In this document: in pieces, positions 35,885 to 48,810 of the stretch | Layout: the number at the start of each line of letters is the position of its first letter | Numbering within the stretch: the stretch's first letter is position 1 | Source of the DNA: Squalus acanthias | Taxonomy: Eukaryota | Length of the DNA: 64,000 nt | NCBI GenBank assembly: GCA_030390025.1 | Contig: CM059438.1 | Span: 61,010,001-61,074,000, forward strand | Direction: 5' to 3' | Program-made: the position numbers and the translations under genes | The notes under the pieces: generated by a model | Told to the model about the DNA's origin: nothing | Seen by the model: only the letters and a program-made list of their open reading frames with translations | Database searches by the model: none

Positions 35885-38800
35885 ACTATTATCGTTGTAT
35901 CATGCGACTACCAAGATGGTAGAAGGCAGGAAGTGCCTCCGCCTGCTCGAGCTCGAGCTCAGGGTCTCTGAGCTTGAGGAGCGGCTGGAGTCACTGCGGG
36001 GGAAACACGGGAGGCTGAGAATTTCCTGGAGCGCACATTCCAGGAGGTGGTCACCCCGCCGCTACAGCGGGTTCAGGAGGATGGGAAGTGGGTGGCCGTC
36101 CCAGCAGGTATGGCTGTACATTCTGCTATTATAGTGCTACTGCTACACATTTCAGCACAGGGGGTTTGGGTGACAGAGGACAGACAGGATCTAGCTGTGT
36201 AGAGGGCCCTAGGGGCTACACTACGTTGTCCCGACTTAATCCTGTGACACTTGTGGCTCATCTGACTGTGGGCCTTTACATTCTGTGAAGGAGGCCCTGG
36301 CTTCATGGGAGCCAGAACTACATGGAGGACCTGCACTCAGAGGACTTCTCAGTGACTGCTGGCCAGTATTGGAAAAGGCGATTGGTTGCTCCTGCTCTAC
36401 TGAAGGGTCATGGGACTGAGGTGGCCCTCCTGTCGTGGCGGCTTGGTCCTGGAATGGAGCCGCTGCTGGCTGTATCTCTGGATTTCGGTCCTGGGGAGCC
36501 TTGTCTCACCTCCCATGTCTGGCCTGGTGCTCTGAGGGGGGAGGCCAGAGGCCTGGCATGTGCTGCTGTCCTGAGAGACAATATGATCAGACAGGTGGAT
36601 TCCAGCTGTCCCATTCCACAGGGACCTGGATCTGTCACCCCATTGATCAGCGGAATGACTGGTGTATGATAGCTCTGAGACCTTGAAAGCCCTGAGAGAC
36701 AGCAGCCTGTATCGCAGCCCCCATGGTCTGGAAGCTGCAGGAATCTTCTGGGAGTGCGGCACTCCCAAACCGGTTTTCAGCACTGAATACCAGTGAGGGT
36801 GGCGACACCTTGGGGGAGTGCAGCCTAGAGCACATCCACGGCTCTGTGCGGCAAATGACTGCACAGGGGGCACAGCTAATTGTAGAAATGCTATGGTCGT
36901 AGGGGATTCAATAGTCAGGGGGATAGACAGATGCTTCTGTAGCTGCTGACGTGAGTCCTGCATGGTGTGTTGCCTCCCTGGTGCCAGGGTAAAGGACATA
37001 ACAGAACAGGTGCAGAACATTTTGAGGGGGGAAGGGGAAGAGCTAGAAGTCGTGGTCCATGTGGAAACCAATAACATCGGAAGGAAAAGGGTTGAGGTCC
37101 TGCAGTCAGAGTTTCAGGAGCGAGGGAGGAAGTTAAAGAGCCGGATTTCAAAGGTAGTAATCCCTGGATTACTCCCAGTGCCACGCACTAGTGAGTATAG
37201 GAATAGTAGGATAAGACAGGTTCATGCGTGGCTGGAGAAATGGTGCAGGAGGGAGGGCTTCAGATTCCTGGGGCATTGGGACCAGTACTCGGACAGGAGG
37301 GACCTCTTCAAGGTGGACGTGTTGCACCTCAACAGAACTGGGAGAATTGTCCTCGCAGGAAGGTTAACTGGTGCTGTAGGGAAGGGTTTAAATTCATTTG
37401 GTAGAGGAATGGGCATCAGGATGAAATATTAGAGAGGAGAAACAAGGTGCATAGAGGACTGGGAGAGGCAAATAGCACTAGAGTAAAGAATAATTCAGAA
37501 ATAGGAGGGATCAGACAGGGGCAAATGCGAGGCAGTCTAAGCTGGGTTTGGAGTGCATGTGCATAAATGCACATAGTGTGGTAAATAAGGTCGGTGAGTT
37601 GCAGGTATAAGCGGCAATAACAGAGACCTGGCTCAAAGAAGGAAGGGATTGCGAAGTTAATATTCCTGGCTACAAGGTATTCAGGAAAGATAGAGAAGGG
37701 AAAAAGGAGGGGGCAGTATTGATCAAATAAACTATTATAGCATTAGAGAGGGATGCTATAGTTCAGGGGGTCAAAGATAGAATCTATTTGGTTAGAATCA
37801 AGGAACAAGAGGAGCTATTACGCTGTTGTGTGTATACTTTAGGCCACCGAATAGTGGGAAGGAGACAGAGGAGCAAATTTGCAGGCATATTACAGAAAGG
37901 TGCAAGAACTACAGAGTAGTGATAATGGGGGACTTCAATTATCCTAATATGGACTGGGATAGTAACAGTGTAAAGGGCAAAGAGGAGGAGGAATTCCTCA
38001 AATGTGTACGAGAACTTTCTTGATCAGTGTGTTTCCAACCACAACTTGTATTTATATAGCGCCTTTAACGTAGGGTGCTTCACAGGAGCGTTATCAAACA
38101 AAATTTGACACTGAGCCGCATAAGGAGATATTAGGGCAGATGACCAAAAGAGTTAGGTTTTAAGAACCGTCTTAAAGGAGAAGAGAGAGGTAGAGAGGCG
38201 GAGAGGGAATTCCAGAGTTTAGGGCCTTGGCAGCTGAAGGCACGGCCACCAATGGTGGAGTATTTAAAATCGGGGATGCTCAAGAGGCCAGAATTAGAGG
38301 AGCACAGATATCTCGGAGGGTTGTGGGGCTGGAGGAGATTACAGAGATAGGGAGGGGCGAGGCCATGGAGGGATTTGAAAGCAAGGATGAGAATTTTAAA
38401 ATCAAGGCGTTGCTTAACCGGGAGCCAATGTAGCTCAGGGGTGATGGATGAACAAGACTTGGTGCGAGTTAGGACACGGGCAGCAGAGTTTTGGATGACC
38501 TCAAGTTTACGGAGGGTAGAACATGGGAGGCCAGCCAGGAGTGCGTTGGAATATTCAATCTAGAGGTAACAAAGGCATGGTTGAGGGTTTTAGCAGCAGA
38601 TGAGCTGAGGCAGGGGCGGAGTCGGGCAATGTTCCGGAGGTGGAAATAGGTGGTGTTAGTGGCTGTGTGGTCAGAAGCTCATCTCGGGTCAAATATCACA
38701 CCAACGTTGCGAACAGTCTGTTTCAGCCTCAGACAGTTGCCAGGGAGAAGAAGGAAGCAGTGCTGGATCTGGTTCTGGGGAATGAAAGGGGGCTAGTAGA

Positions 38801-40972
38801 GCATGTTTCAGTGGGGAAGCATTTGGGGAACAGTGATCATAATATCATCAGGTTTAGAATAGTTATGCAAAAGGACCAGGAACAATCAAGTGTAAAAATA
38901 CTCAACTGGAGGAGGGCTAATTTCAGTGAGTTGAAAAGGAATCTGGCCCAGGTGGATTGGAATCAAAGATTGGTAGGCAAATTGAACAATGGGAGGCCTT
39001 CAAAGAGGAGATGGTTTGAGTACAGAATAGACACATTCCCACAAGTGGGAAAGGAAGGGCATCCAAAGCTACAGCTCCCTGGATGACTAAAGATATAGAG
39101 GTTAAATTGAGACAGAAAAAGGAGGCTTATGACAAATATAAGGTTGACAATTCAGTAGAGAACCAAGCTGAATATAGAAAGTACAGAGGAGAACTAAAAA
39201 TAGGGAATGAGCGGGACAAAGAGAGAGTGTGAGAATAGATTAATGGCTAAGATAAAAGAGGACCCAAATGTCTTTTACAAACATATAAATAGTAAAAGGG
39301 TAGTCAAAGGAAGGGTGGAGCTGATTAGGGCCCAAAAAGGAAATATTTTTGTGGAGGCAGAGGGCATGGCTGAGATACTAAATGAGTACTTTGCCTTTGT
39401 CTTCACTAGAGAAGAGGGTGCTGCCAATATCGCAGTAAAGGAGGAGGCAGTGGCAATATTGGATAGGATAAAAATGGATAAAGAGGAGGTACTTAAAAGG
39501 TTGGCAATCCTCAAAGTAAGAAAGTCACCTGGTCCGGATGGGATACATCCTAGGTTACTGAGGGAAGTAAGGGTGGAAATTGCAAAGGCTCTGGTCACAA
39601 TATTCCAATCTCCTCAGATATGGGGGTGGTATCAGAAGACTGGAGGATTACAAATGTTACACCCCTGTTTAAAAAAGGATAAAGAGGGATAAACTCGACA
39701 AATGCAGGCCAGTCAGCCTAACGTCGGTGGTGGGGAAACTTTTAGAGATAATAATCCAGGATAAAATTAATTGTCATTTGGAAAAGTATGGGCTAATAAA
39801 TGAAAGCCAGCAAGGATTTGTTAAAGGCAGATCGTGTTTGACTAACTTGATTGAGTTCTTTGATGAAGTAGCGGAGAGTGTTGATGAGGGTAGTGCGATT
39901 GATGTTGTGTATATGGACTTGCAAAATGTTTTGCCGTAAAATACCACATAATAGACTTGTTAGCAAAATTAAAACCCATGGCAATGTGGATATGAAATTG
40001 GCTGATGGACAGAAAGCAGAGAGTGGTGGTGAACGGTTGCTTTTCAGACTAGAGGAAAGTATACAGTCATGTTCCCCAGGGGTCGGTGTTGGGACCACTG
40101 CTCTTTTTGATATATATTAATGACCTGGACTCGGGTATACAGGGCATAATTTCAAAGGTTTCAGATGATACGAAACTCGAAAATGCAGTAAACAATGAGG
40201 AGGATAGTAACAGACTTCAGGAGGACATAGACAGACTGTTAAAATGGGGAGATAAATTTAATGCAGAGATGTGTGAAGTGCTACATTTCGGAAGGAAGAA
40301 TGAAGAGAGGCAATATAAACTAAATGGTACAATTTTAAAGGGGGTGCAGGAACCTGGGGGTGTATGTACACAAATCTTTGAAGGTGGCAGGACAAGTAGA
40401 GAAGGCTTTTAAAAAGCATATGAGATCCTTGGTTTTATTAATAGAGGAATAAAGTACAAATGCACTTTAGGAAGGGTGTCAAGGCCTTATAGAGGATGCA
40501 GAAGAGATTGACTGGATTGGTACCAGGGATGAGGGACTTCAGTTCTGCAGAGAGACTGGAGAAGCTGGGGTTGTTCTCCTTAGAGCAGAGAAGGTTAAGA
40601 GGAGATTTGATAGAGGTGTTCAAAATCATTAACGGTTTTGATAGAGTAAATAAGGAGAAACTGTTTCCAGTGGCAGAAGGGTCGGTAACCAGAGGACACA
40701 GGTTTAAGGTGATTGACAAAAGAACCAGAGGCGACATGGGGAAACATTTTTTTACGCAGCGAGTTGTGATCTGGAATGCACTGCCTTAAAGGAAGCAGAT
40801 TCAACTTTCAAAAGGGAATTGGATAAATACCTGAAAGGAAAATCTTTGCATGGCTCTGGGGAAAGAGCAGGGGAGTGAGACTAATTGGATAGCTCTACCA
40901 AAGAGCCAGCACAGGCACGATGGGCCGAATTGCCTCCTTCTGTTCTGTATCATTCTATCATTCTAGGATTCT
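35885..40972 (+). mobile_element. Decayed near-full-length CR1 LINE (ORF1 zipper and SGNH esterase; ORF2 APE and RT)
   Basis: RKCLRLLELELRVSELEERLESL; VVGDSIVRG...CLPGARV...VVVHVETNNIG...LHLN; APE motifs ETWL, RPP, MGDFN, GNSDH; RT remnants; (attcta)n tail; many stops and frameshifts. Confidence 0.9.
38041..38748 (-). mobile_element. L2-clade LINE 3' fragment nested in the CR1 endonuclease region
   Basis: Homologous to 1381-1905; CR1 frame (DQ.VSN|..KEAVLDLVLGN) resumes after it. Confidence 0.85.
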
Positions 40973-41671
40973 AAGGCGGCCTAGATGGACCTTGGTATTT
41001 TTTCGTCTAGCAATTCCTCTGTTTCTTTTAATCCTACTTCCCTCCCTTTTCTCCATTTGACATTCTTCCTTTCCAAATCCTTTTTCTTTGAATCAATTTT
41101 TAATTGCACGTTACCTACGTATTTTGTGAGTGTATATGCAAATTAATTTCATAACAGCGTTCACTGACTGATATATTGTGTTACGCCAATACAAATTTTG
41201 ACAGCACAGTGCCTGCAGGCAGAGCACCTTGGCATGACTGTGCTTGTACTGGCAGCAGTGTTGGTGATGGGGCTGGAGCAGTGCGTCTGGTAATGTTTCT
41301 GGGGATTAGTTAGTCCTGGGGGATGGGGGAAAAGGTCCCACTTGCTGGTGGTCATAGCGGTTGGCGTGATTGACTTTAAAGAGTAGTGGGTGGGTTGCTA
41401 TTTTGGGATGGGGTAGTTTGTGCTGAGTGAGCCTCCAAGAATAGGCCCCAGACCAGGCACATGCCAAATGTCATCCATTCTGATTGTTATATGTCGCTGT
41501 TCGTTCTGCACTTGGTGCTGGGGAAATACCTACCATTTAAATTAAGTTACATTCTCGGTCTCAATGACTACTTGTGGTAAAGAATTCCACGTTCTAATAT
41601 CCCTCTGTGGGAAACATTTCTTCTCACTTCCCTCTATGTTCTACTGGTGACAATCTATGCCTCCCTCCCCT

Positions 41672-42245
41672 TGTCAACTGGGCTCAGTGGTAGCATTCTC
41701 TCCGCTGAGGCAGTTGAAGCACCACTAAAGGACTCGGGCACATACTCTAGGCTGAAGCTTCAGTGCATTACTGAGGGAAAAGAAAAGGAAAGGCTTGCAT
41801 TTCTATAGCGCCTTTCATGATCTCGCGACGTCCCAAAGCGCTTTACAGCCAATGAAGTACGTTTGAAGTGTAGTCGCTGTTGTAATGTGGGAAACGTGGC
41901 AGTCAATTTGCGCACAGCAAGCTCCCACAAACAGCAATGCGATAATGACCAGATAATCTGTTTGTAGTGATGCCAGTTGAGGGTTAAATATTTACCAGAA
42001 CACTGGGGAAAACGCCCCTGCCCTTCTTCGAAATAGTAATATGGGATCTTTTACGTCCACCTGAGAGGGCAGAGGGAGTGCTGCACTGTCAGAGATGCCA
42101 TATTTGGGATGAGACTTTACACTGACATTCCATTTGCCTCTTTGGGGGGACGTAAAAGATCCCACGGCACTATTTGAAATAGAGCAAGGTATTTCTCCTG
42201 GTGTACTGGCCAGCATTCATCCCTTAACCAACAATACCGAAACAT
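41672..42245. mobile_element. DeuSINE (plus) with a nested minus-strand DeuSINE 3' half (41779-42071)
   Basis: gaggga repeated at 41773-41778 and 42072-42077; host SINE continues colinearly. Confidence 0.75.
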
Positions 42246-42402
42246 GTTGTCCCAGATATATTTTATAAAGCACAGTACTGGTGGGAGGAGTGAGAGGTTG
42301 TCATGGGTTTATTGGCCTGACTGTGCTCATGTTTACAGAGATGCAGGTCAGAGGGCAAGGCAGCTGGTCTTCCTTACACACTGAGCCATGGAGGGAACAA
42401 TC

Positions 42403-42812
42403 ATAAGAACATAAGAAATAGGAGCAGGAGTCGGCCACTGGGCCCTCGAGCCTGCTGCGCCATTCAATAAGATCATGGCTGATCCTCTACTTCAACCCCA
42501 GCTTGCCGCACTATCCCCATATCCCTTGATTCCCTTAATATCCAAAAATCTAGCGATCTCAGCCTTGAATAAACTCAACAACTGAGCATCTACAGCCTTT
42601 TGAGGTAGAGAATTCCAAAGATTCATAACCCTCTGAGTGAAGAAATTTCTCCTCATCTCAGTCCTAAATGGCCGACCCCTTATTCTGAGACTGTGACCCC
42701 TGGTTCTAGACTCCCCAGCCAGGGGAAACATCCTCCCAGCATCTAACCTGTCAAGCCCTGTAAGAATTTTATACGTTTCAATGAGATCATCTCTCATTCT
42801 TCTAAACTCTAG
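42403..42812 (-). mobile_element. CR1 LINE 3' fragment
   Basis: ORF 42492-42797 DLIETYKILTGLDRLDAGRMFPL...FFTQRV.NLWNSLP; (ttcttatg)n tail. Confidence 0.9.
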
Positions 42813-42860
42813 GAAATAGTCAGCCTGAAGCAGATTAAAAGCACTGCCTTAATGAAAAAG

Positions 42861-43196
42861 TAGGGTTGACATCCCTTCCGGATTGGAAACTGCTGCGAGT
42901 AGACCGAGGAAAAAAAATCAGAGGGACATGAAAAAAATTGTGGTGTTTTTCTTTGAGCAATTTTGTTTATTACTCATATTGGCGATGTTTAAAAAGGCTG
43001 TTTGACTGACAGTCAAGAATCATCCAATCAGGTCATGAAGAGTGTTTACTTTCCAATTGGTGCACCATGAATGGACATGTTGGGCAACCAAATGACGGGA
43101 TCATGGGGGAGGAGGCGGGGGCGGTTTTGGCGGATGGAGGTGTGGGCTCATCTGATGGAACCTCCTGGAAATGTCTAACCAGAGCTGGCAACCCTA
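42861..43196. mobile_element. Non-autonomous hAT-like DNA transposon
   Basis: Ends tagggttgaca / tggcaacccta (TAGGGTTGCCA-type TIR); no TSD recognisable. Confidence 0.55.
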
Positions 43197-44269
43197 CTAC
43201 TGGGAGTTACCAGGGTAACCATTCAATATTTTGATGATGCAGGATCCATGTTTTTTGGGCTGTGTGGGTTCAAGTCACACACCCTCTTAACCAGCTCAGC
43301 CTTCAGGGAGCGCAGGTACATTTGGTTGACACTTACTGGTCCAGTGAGAAGAGGGGGTGCGCGGCTTGGTGGTAGTGAAGCAGAGTGGGGAAGGGCCTTG
43401 TGCCGCCCGGACTCTCCCGTGAGGTTCCACTGCATGACGAATCAGCACGAGGAGCGCCAAGGGAAAGGTCAGCAGGTCCTACCCATGCTGCTTTGCTCTA
43501 CCACCCAATGGAATAATCTGCAGCTTTGCTGAGGAGCATGGGTAGAATGGCTGACATTTAAAGTACGGGTTAAATTCAGACACTTGCTCTGGATTCAAAG
43601 GACCTAAAAATGTAAAGCCCACAAAAGCAGAATTTGTTTCCCTAATTCCGACAGCTCCTGTCTTGTGCCTCTGCTAGGAAGGTTGCCAGGAGTCCTGTTT
43701 TTTTGGCTCACAAACAGAGCAAATATTTATTATTTTCTTTGGGAGCCTCGCGGTTCTTTGGAAAATCTACGCCATAGCTGCACCACGCAGGTTGCCATGG
43801 TGAGGTCTCGCTTCCCAGAATGCACTGCATGGAGGAGAAGCAATAGCACCGTCTTGGAGAGGAAAGGAAGGTTGAAACAGTGCGAGCTGAAGTGCTCCAT
43901 GTCACAGCCACACATGCTTCAAACCAACTAACCGAAGATTGAGTACGGGAGAAACTCTTAAAACTGTGAAACATTCTCAGAATCCCTGTCGGAGGGTCAT
44001 GTGCAAAGTTTCCCGAATGCATATTACAGGCGGAGGCCCTGGACGCCTATTTTTTTTGCCTATACCAATATGGCCCTTCCGGCTCTTAATGAGCCCGCGC
44101 TTCCTGCCCGCCATATTGGAAGCTTAGGCGACCGTTGAGCGCCTAAAAAACAAGTGCAGCACCATTGAATTTCTAGATCGGTGACTTTTAAAGAGGCAGC
44201 TTCACGCTCAGCCACAAGTTTTCGTCGTGTTTTTCTCAATCTCATTTCCAAAACATATTTTTGTTGAAA

Positions 44270-44722
44270 CGGCAAGTGCAGATAAAGCTCATCCAAAACT
44301 CTGCTGCCCGTATCCTGACTCGCACCAAGTCCCGTTCACCCGTCACCTCTGTGCTCACTGACCTACATTGGCTCCCAGTCCAGCAACACCTCAACTTTGA
44401 ATTGCAGTCGTAAAACCTCCCAATTCGCTTCACAGTCGGGGATGCACAAGAGGCCAGAATTGGAGGAGTGTGGAGATCTCGGAGGGTGGTAAGGCTGGAG
44501 GAGGTAACAGAGATAGGGAGGGGCGAGGCCGTGGAGGGATTTGAACACGAGGAGGAGAATTTTAAAATCGAGGCGTTGATAGACCGGGAGCCAATGTAGT
44601 CAGCGAGCACAGGGGGTGATGGGTGAAAGGGACTTGGTGCGAGTTAGGACACGGGCAGCAGAGTTTTGGATGAGCTCAAATTTCTGGAGTGTGGAAAATG
44701 AGAGACCGGCTAGAAGAGCATT
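44270..44722. mobile_element. L2 fragments in inverted arrangement
   Basis: 44285-44400 (plus) is the reverse complement of ~44560-44680 (minus). Confidence 0.75.
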
Positions 44723-44909
44723 GTGTTGCTGACTGTATCTCTACTGATGCTAATCCAGCTCTCTAACATTGCCCACCCACATTTGCTGGATATGACAGGT
44801 GATACAACACAGCAGAAGTCCTCCACCTGAGGGGAATTTCAGAATCCGATGGTGTGAGGGAGACAAGCTAAGAAAAACTTCAAATGCTACCATCTCTGAA
44901 ACTGAATGT

Positions 44910-45709
44910 AGCTCCCTCACACTGTCACTCAGTAACCCCTCCCCCAGCGCCCTGTGTTACTGACTGTATCTCTACTGATGTTAATCCAGCTCCCTCACAC
45001 TGTCACTCAGTAACCCCCTCTCCCAGCGCCCTGTGTTACTGACTGTATCTCTACTGATGTTAATCCAGCTCCCTCACACTGTCACTCAGTAACCCCCCAC
45101 CCCAGCACCCTGTGTTACTGACTGTATCTCTACTGATGTTAATCCAGCTCCCTCACACTGTCACTCAGTAACCCCTCCCCCAGCGCCCTGTGTTACTGAC
45201 TGTATCTCTACTGATGTTAATCCAGCTCCCTCACACTGTCACTCAGTAACCCCTCTCCCAGCACCCTGTGTTACTGACTGTATCTCTACTGATGTTAATC
45301 CAGCTCCCTCACACTGTCACTCAGTAACCCCCCACCCCAGCACCCTGTGTTACTGACTGTATCTCTACTGATGTTAATCCAGCTCCCTCACACTGTCACT
45401 CAGTAACCACTCACCCAGCGCCATGTGTTACTGACTGTATCTCTACTGATGTTAATCCAGCTCCCTCACACTGTCACTCAGTAACCCCTCTCCCAGCGCC
45501 CCGTGTTACTGACTGTATCTCTACTGATGTTAATCCAGCTCCCTCACACTGTCGCTCAGTAACCCCTCTCCCCCAGCGCCCTGTGTTACTGACTGTATCT
45601 CTACTGATGTTAATCCAGCTCCCTCACACTGTCGCTCAGTAACTCCTCCCCCAGCACCCTGTGTTACTGACTGTATCTCTACTGATGTTAATCCAGCTCC
45701 CTCACACTG
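44910..45709. repeat. ~78-bp tandem repeat, ~10 copies
   Basis: Unit tgtgttactgactgtatctctactgatgttaatccagctccctcacactgtcactcagtaacccctcccccagcgccc; partial diverged monomer at 44722-44762. Confidence 0.95.
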
Positions 45710-46006
45710 CCCGGTCCAGTTCACTCTCCCATCTAGCTAATCATTATCACCTATTTAACCCTGATGGATGAAGGTAAGCAAATTAACATTTTAAATTTAA
45801 TATTTACTATTTTAAAATATGAAATAAATTCACATAAAATTTCCAACATTCTGTTGCACTAAACTCTTCATTAACTGAGTAGGAACACGTGTCAGGTCTA
45901 CTGTAGGCTGAGCTAGCAGCTTGCTGAGAATTTGCAAGCTATAAATTCCAGCGCCGTTTAAAGATAAAATAATCTGTGTTGAAACTGACTACATATATTT
46001 TCTTTT

Positions 46007-46205
46007 GGAATGCACTGCCTGAAAGGATGGAGGAAGCAGATTCAATAGTAACTTTCAAAAGGGGATTGGATATATACTTGAAAAGGAAAAATTTGCAGGG
46101 CTATGGGGAAAGAGCGGGGCAGTGGGACTAATTGAATCGCTCTTTCAAAGAGCCGGCACAGCATGATGGGCCTCCTGGCCTCCTTCGGTGCTGCATCATT
46201 CTATG
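46007..46205 (+). mobile_element. CR1 LINE 3' end
   Basis: Near copy of 5300-5505. Confidence 0.8.
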
Positions 46206-47074
46206 CTGACCTGCGTTTTACAAAGGTTCATGGGTAGGCAGTTGGTCTTTGGGAGACTCCATCGGGTAATCCCCCAGGATTTGTCTGTCTGAGGCTTCCT
46301 GATGTTAATTGGACAACCATTACCGGACCAGCTGGATGGGGAGGGGGGGAGGGGAGGAGGGGTGGCGTTCGTCTGTCTTGTTCGAATCCTTTATAAACAA
46401 GTCGCGACAAGGAGGAAGAAAAATTACCTGTTGGTGCTTGAGTGAGAGAGGAGCCTTCAAATAGAGCTGAGTGTAGGGGTCTGGGCAGTGGGTGTGTATT
46501 TTTAGCAGGAAAGTTCGATCCTGCCTGGTACAGCGGTAACTGGATAAGTTGCTAATTCCTGTGACGATGAGCACAGCCATTACACAAGGTGCCTGTGTGG
46601 ATTACCTCATCCCTCCTGTTTTCTTTTCCGATGGCTGGGTCTGACATATTGGGAGTCTTTTTTTCTTTGGATGAGTTTCGGAAAGTGGCAACCACACTCT
46701 GCCGTCTCGACACCAGCGATGTCCCCTTTGATTCTTCCCACCTCCCTCCCGATGTCCCCCCCCACCCCCAACCACCTCACCTCGGTGCCTCGTTCCAGGA
46801 AATCTCTGCCATGTTCCTGTTTGTTTTGGAGATTCAGAGATTGGCCTTCTCAATGGCACCGGGGGGAGACAATGGAGTCATTGTGAGTGGCAGAAAGTCC
46901 CCGGCACCAGCCGGCAGATCCAGCGGCCACCTCAGAAGAGCTGCCGTCCGACCTGTCGGGAAAATTTACTACGTTTTATTAGGGAATGCGCAATCGGGAG
47001 GTGATGCTCCCCTCCGACACCATAAGCCTCTCCTTTAAGATAAGGTTCACTCACCTGTTAAGATTTTTAAAAAT

Positions 47075-47790
47075 TAATTCTCGGGATGTGGGCGTCGCTG
47101 ACAAGACCGGCATTTATTGCCCATCCCTAATTGCCCTTGAGAAGGTGGTGGCGAGCCGCCTTCTTGAACCGTTGCAGTCCGTGAGGTGAAGGTGCTCCCA
47201 CAGCGCTGTTAGGGAGGGAGTTCCAGGATTTTGACCCAGTGACTATGAAGTAAAGCAATATATTTCCAAGTCGGGATGGTGTGTGACTTGGAGGTGGTGG
47301 TGTTCCCATGTGCCTGCTTCCCTTGTCCTTCTAGGTGGTGGAGGTCGCGGGTTTGGGAAGTGCTGTCGAAGAAGCCTTGGTGAGTTGCTGCAGTGCATCC
47401 TGTAGATGGTACACACTGCAGCCATGGTGTGCTGGTGGTGGAGGGAGTGAATGTTTAAGATGGTAGATGGACTGCCGATCAAGCGGGCTGCTTTGTCCTT
47501 GATAGTGTTGAGTTTCTTGAGTGTTGACTGCACCCTTCAGGCAAGTGGAGAGTATTCCATCACACTCCCGACTTGTGCCTTGTAGGTGGTGGAAAGGCTT
47601 TGGGGAGTCAGGAGGTGAGTAACTTTCTGCAGAATACCCAGCCTCTGACCTGCCCTAGTAGCCACGCTATTTATGTGGCTGGTCCAGTTGACTTTCTGGT
47701 CCATGGTGACCCCCAGGCTGTTGATGGTGGGAGACTCGGTGATAGTAATGCCATTGAATGTCATGGGGAGGTGATTCGACTCTCTTGTGT
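47075..47790 (-). mobile_element. LINE 3' fragment of a different family (CR1/Jockey superclade)
   Basis: LGVTMDQKVNWTSHI...RLGIL...YKAQVGSVMEYSPLA; short 3' piece also at ~59683-59775. Confidence 0.75.
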
Positions 47791-47810
47791 TCAAATCCAG
47801 TCCATTAAAG

Positions 47811-48050
47811 AAATGCAAATGCTGTAAATTTGAAATAAAAATAGAAGTGCACAGCAGATCAGTCAGTATGTGGAAAGAGAGACAAAGGGGGAACGTTTCT
47901 AGAGTGGACCCTTTAACAGAACCCTGCATGGCGGGATGGCCCCTTTTATTGGTTTATGTTGAAGGGTCTCCCCTGAACATTCACCAGTCTTTTCTCTTTC
48001 CAGATGCTGAGAGGCATGCTGTGAGTTTCCATCATTCTCTGTTTTCAGTC
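47811..48050. mobile_element. Decayed inverted Penelope-like terminal repeats (second family)
   Basis: Minus ctgttaaagggtcc...gaaacgtt...ctttccacatactgactgatctgctg and plus tgttgaagggtctcccctgaacatt...ctttccagatgctgagaggcatgctg are homologous and divergently oriented. Confidence 0.55.
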
Positions 48051-48810
48051 CAATGACAGTAGGGTTCACCTACCCACAGCTGTGCCGGCTCCCGTCTTGG
48101 GACCTTTACTGATGGAGTGGATGCTTTCCCCGTGAGTTCTGCTCCCTGATGGAAGGGAGGGGGGGTCGTAGGACTTCCCTTTTACATTGCCCCCAGTGAC
48201 TTCTTCTGCAATGACCTATGTACATGGGAGATCAGCAACTCCTGCCATGCTTGCTGCACAATGCAGCACTGAGAAGGTTTCCGTTCAACCCTAAGTATAG
48301 CTCTCCTCCTCTGGCAGCTCTTCCAAGCTGCCACCATCGATTGGGGGGGGCGCACTGCATCATGTCCCCTTGCCAACCCTCCATTGCTGCTCTGCGATAC
48401 AGCCGTGACAACCACCTTTGTTCAAATAGAGCAGCGGCGCTTAAAAGGCTGCTGCTCTTGTGATTCCCTGCCCCTTCACTTCTTAAGCTCCCTTAAGGAA
48501 AACCTGAATGCAGCACATTCCGATTCAGCGAGGCCCGCTCCCCTCTCTCTCTCGCGATGGATTGCGGGAGTGTGGTGATCCGGCTGACACAGCCCAGATG
48601 AGCCGGGGGGGTAAAGCGCAAAAGGCAGGAGAGAGAAAGTGGCTTTCCGACCCCTTCAAATTATTTGGAGGGTATGCTGCACCTCCTGCTGGAATATTTC
48701 TGCTCGATAATGAGAGCAATTGGTAATCAAGGGCAGGATGGTATGTCAATGAAGAATAAAAAGCTTGAAGGAAAGTGTGGCTGATTGTGCTGTCAGGGGC
48801 CTGTTCCCAG

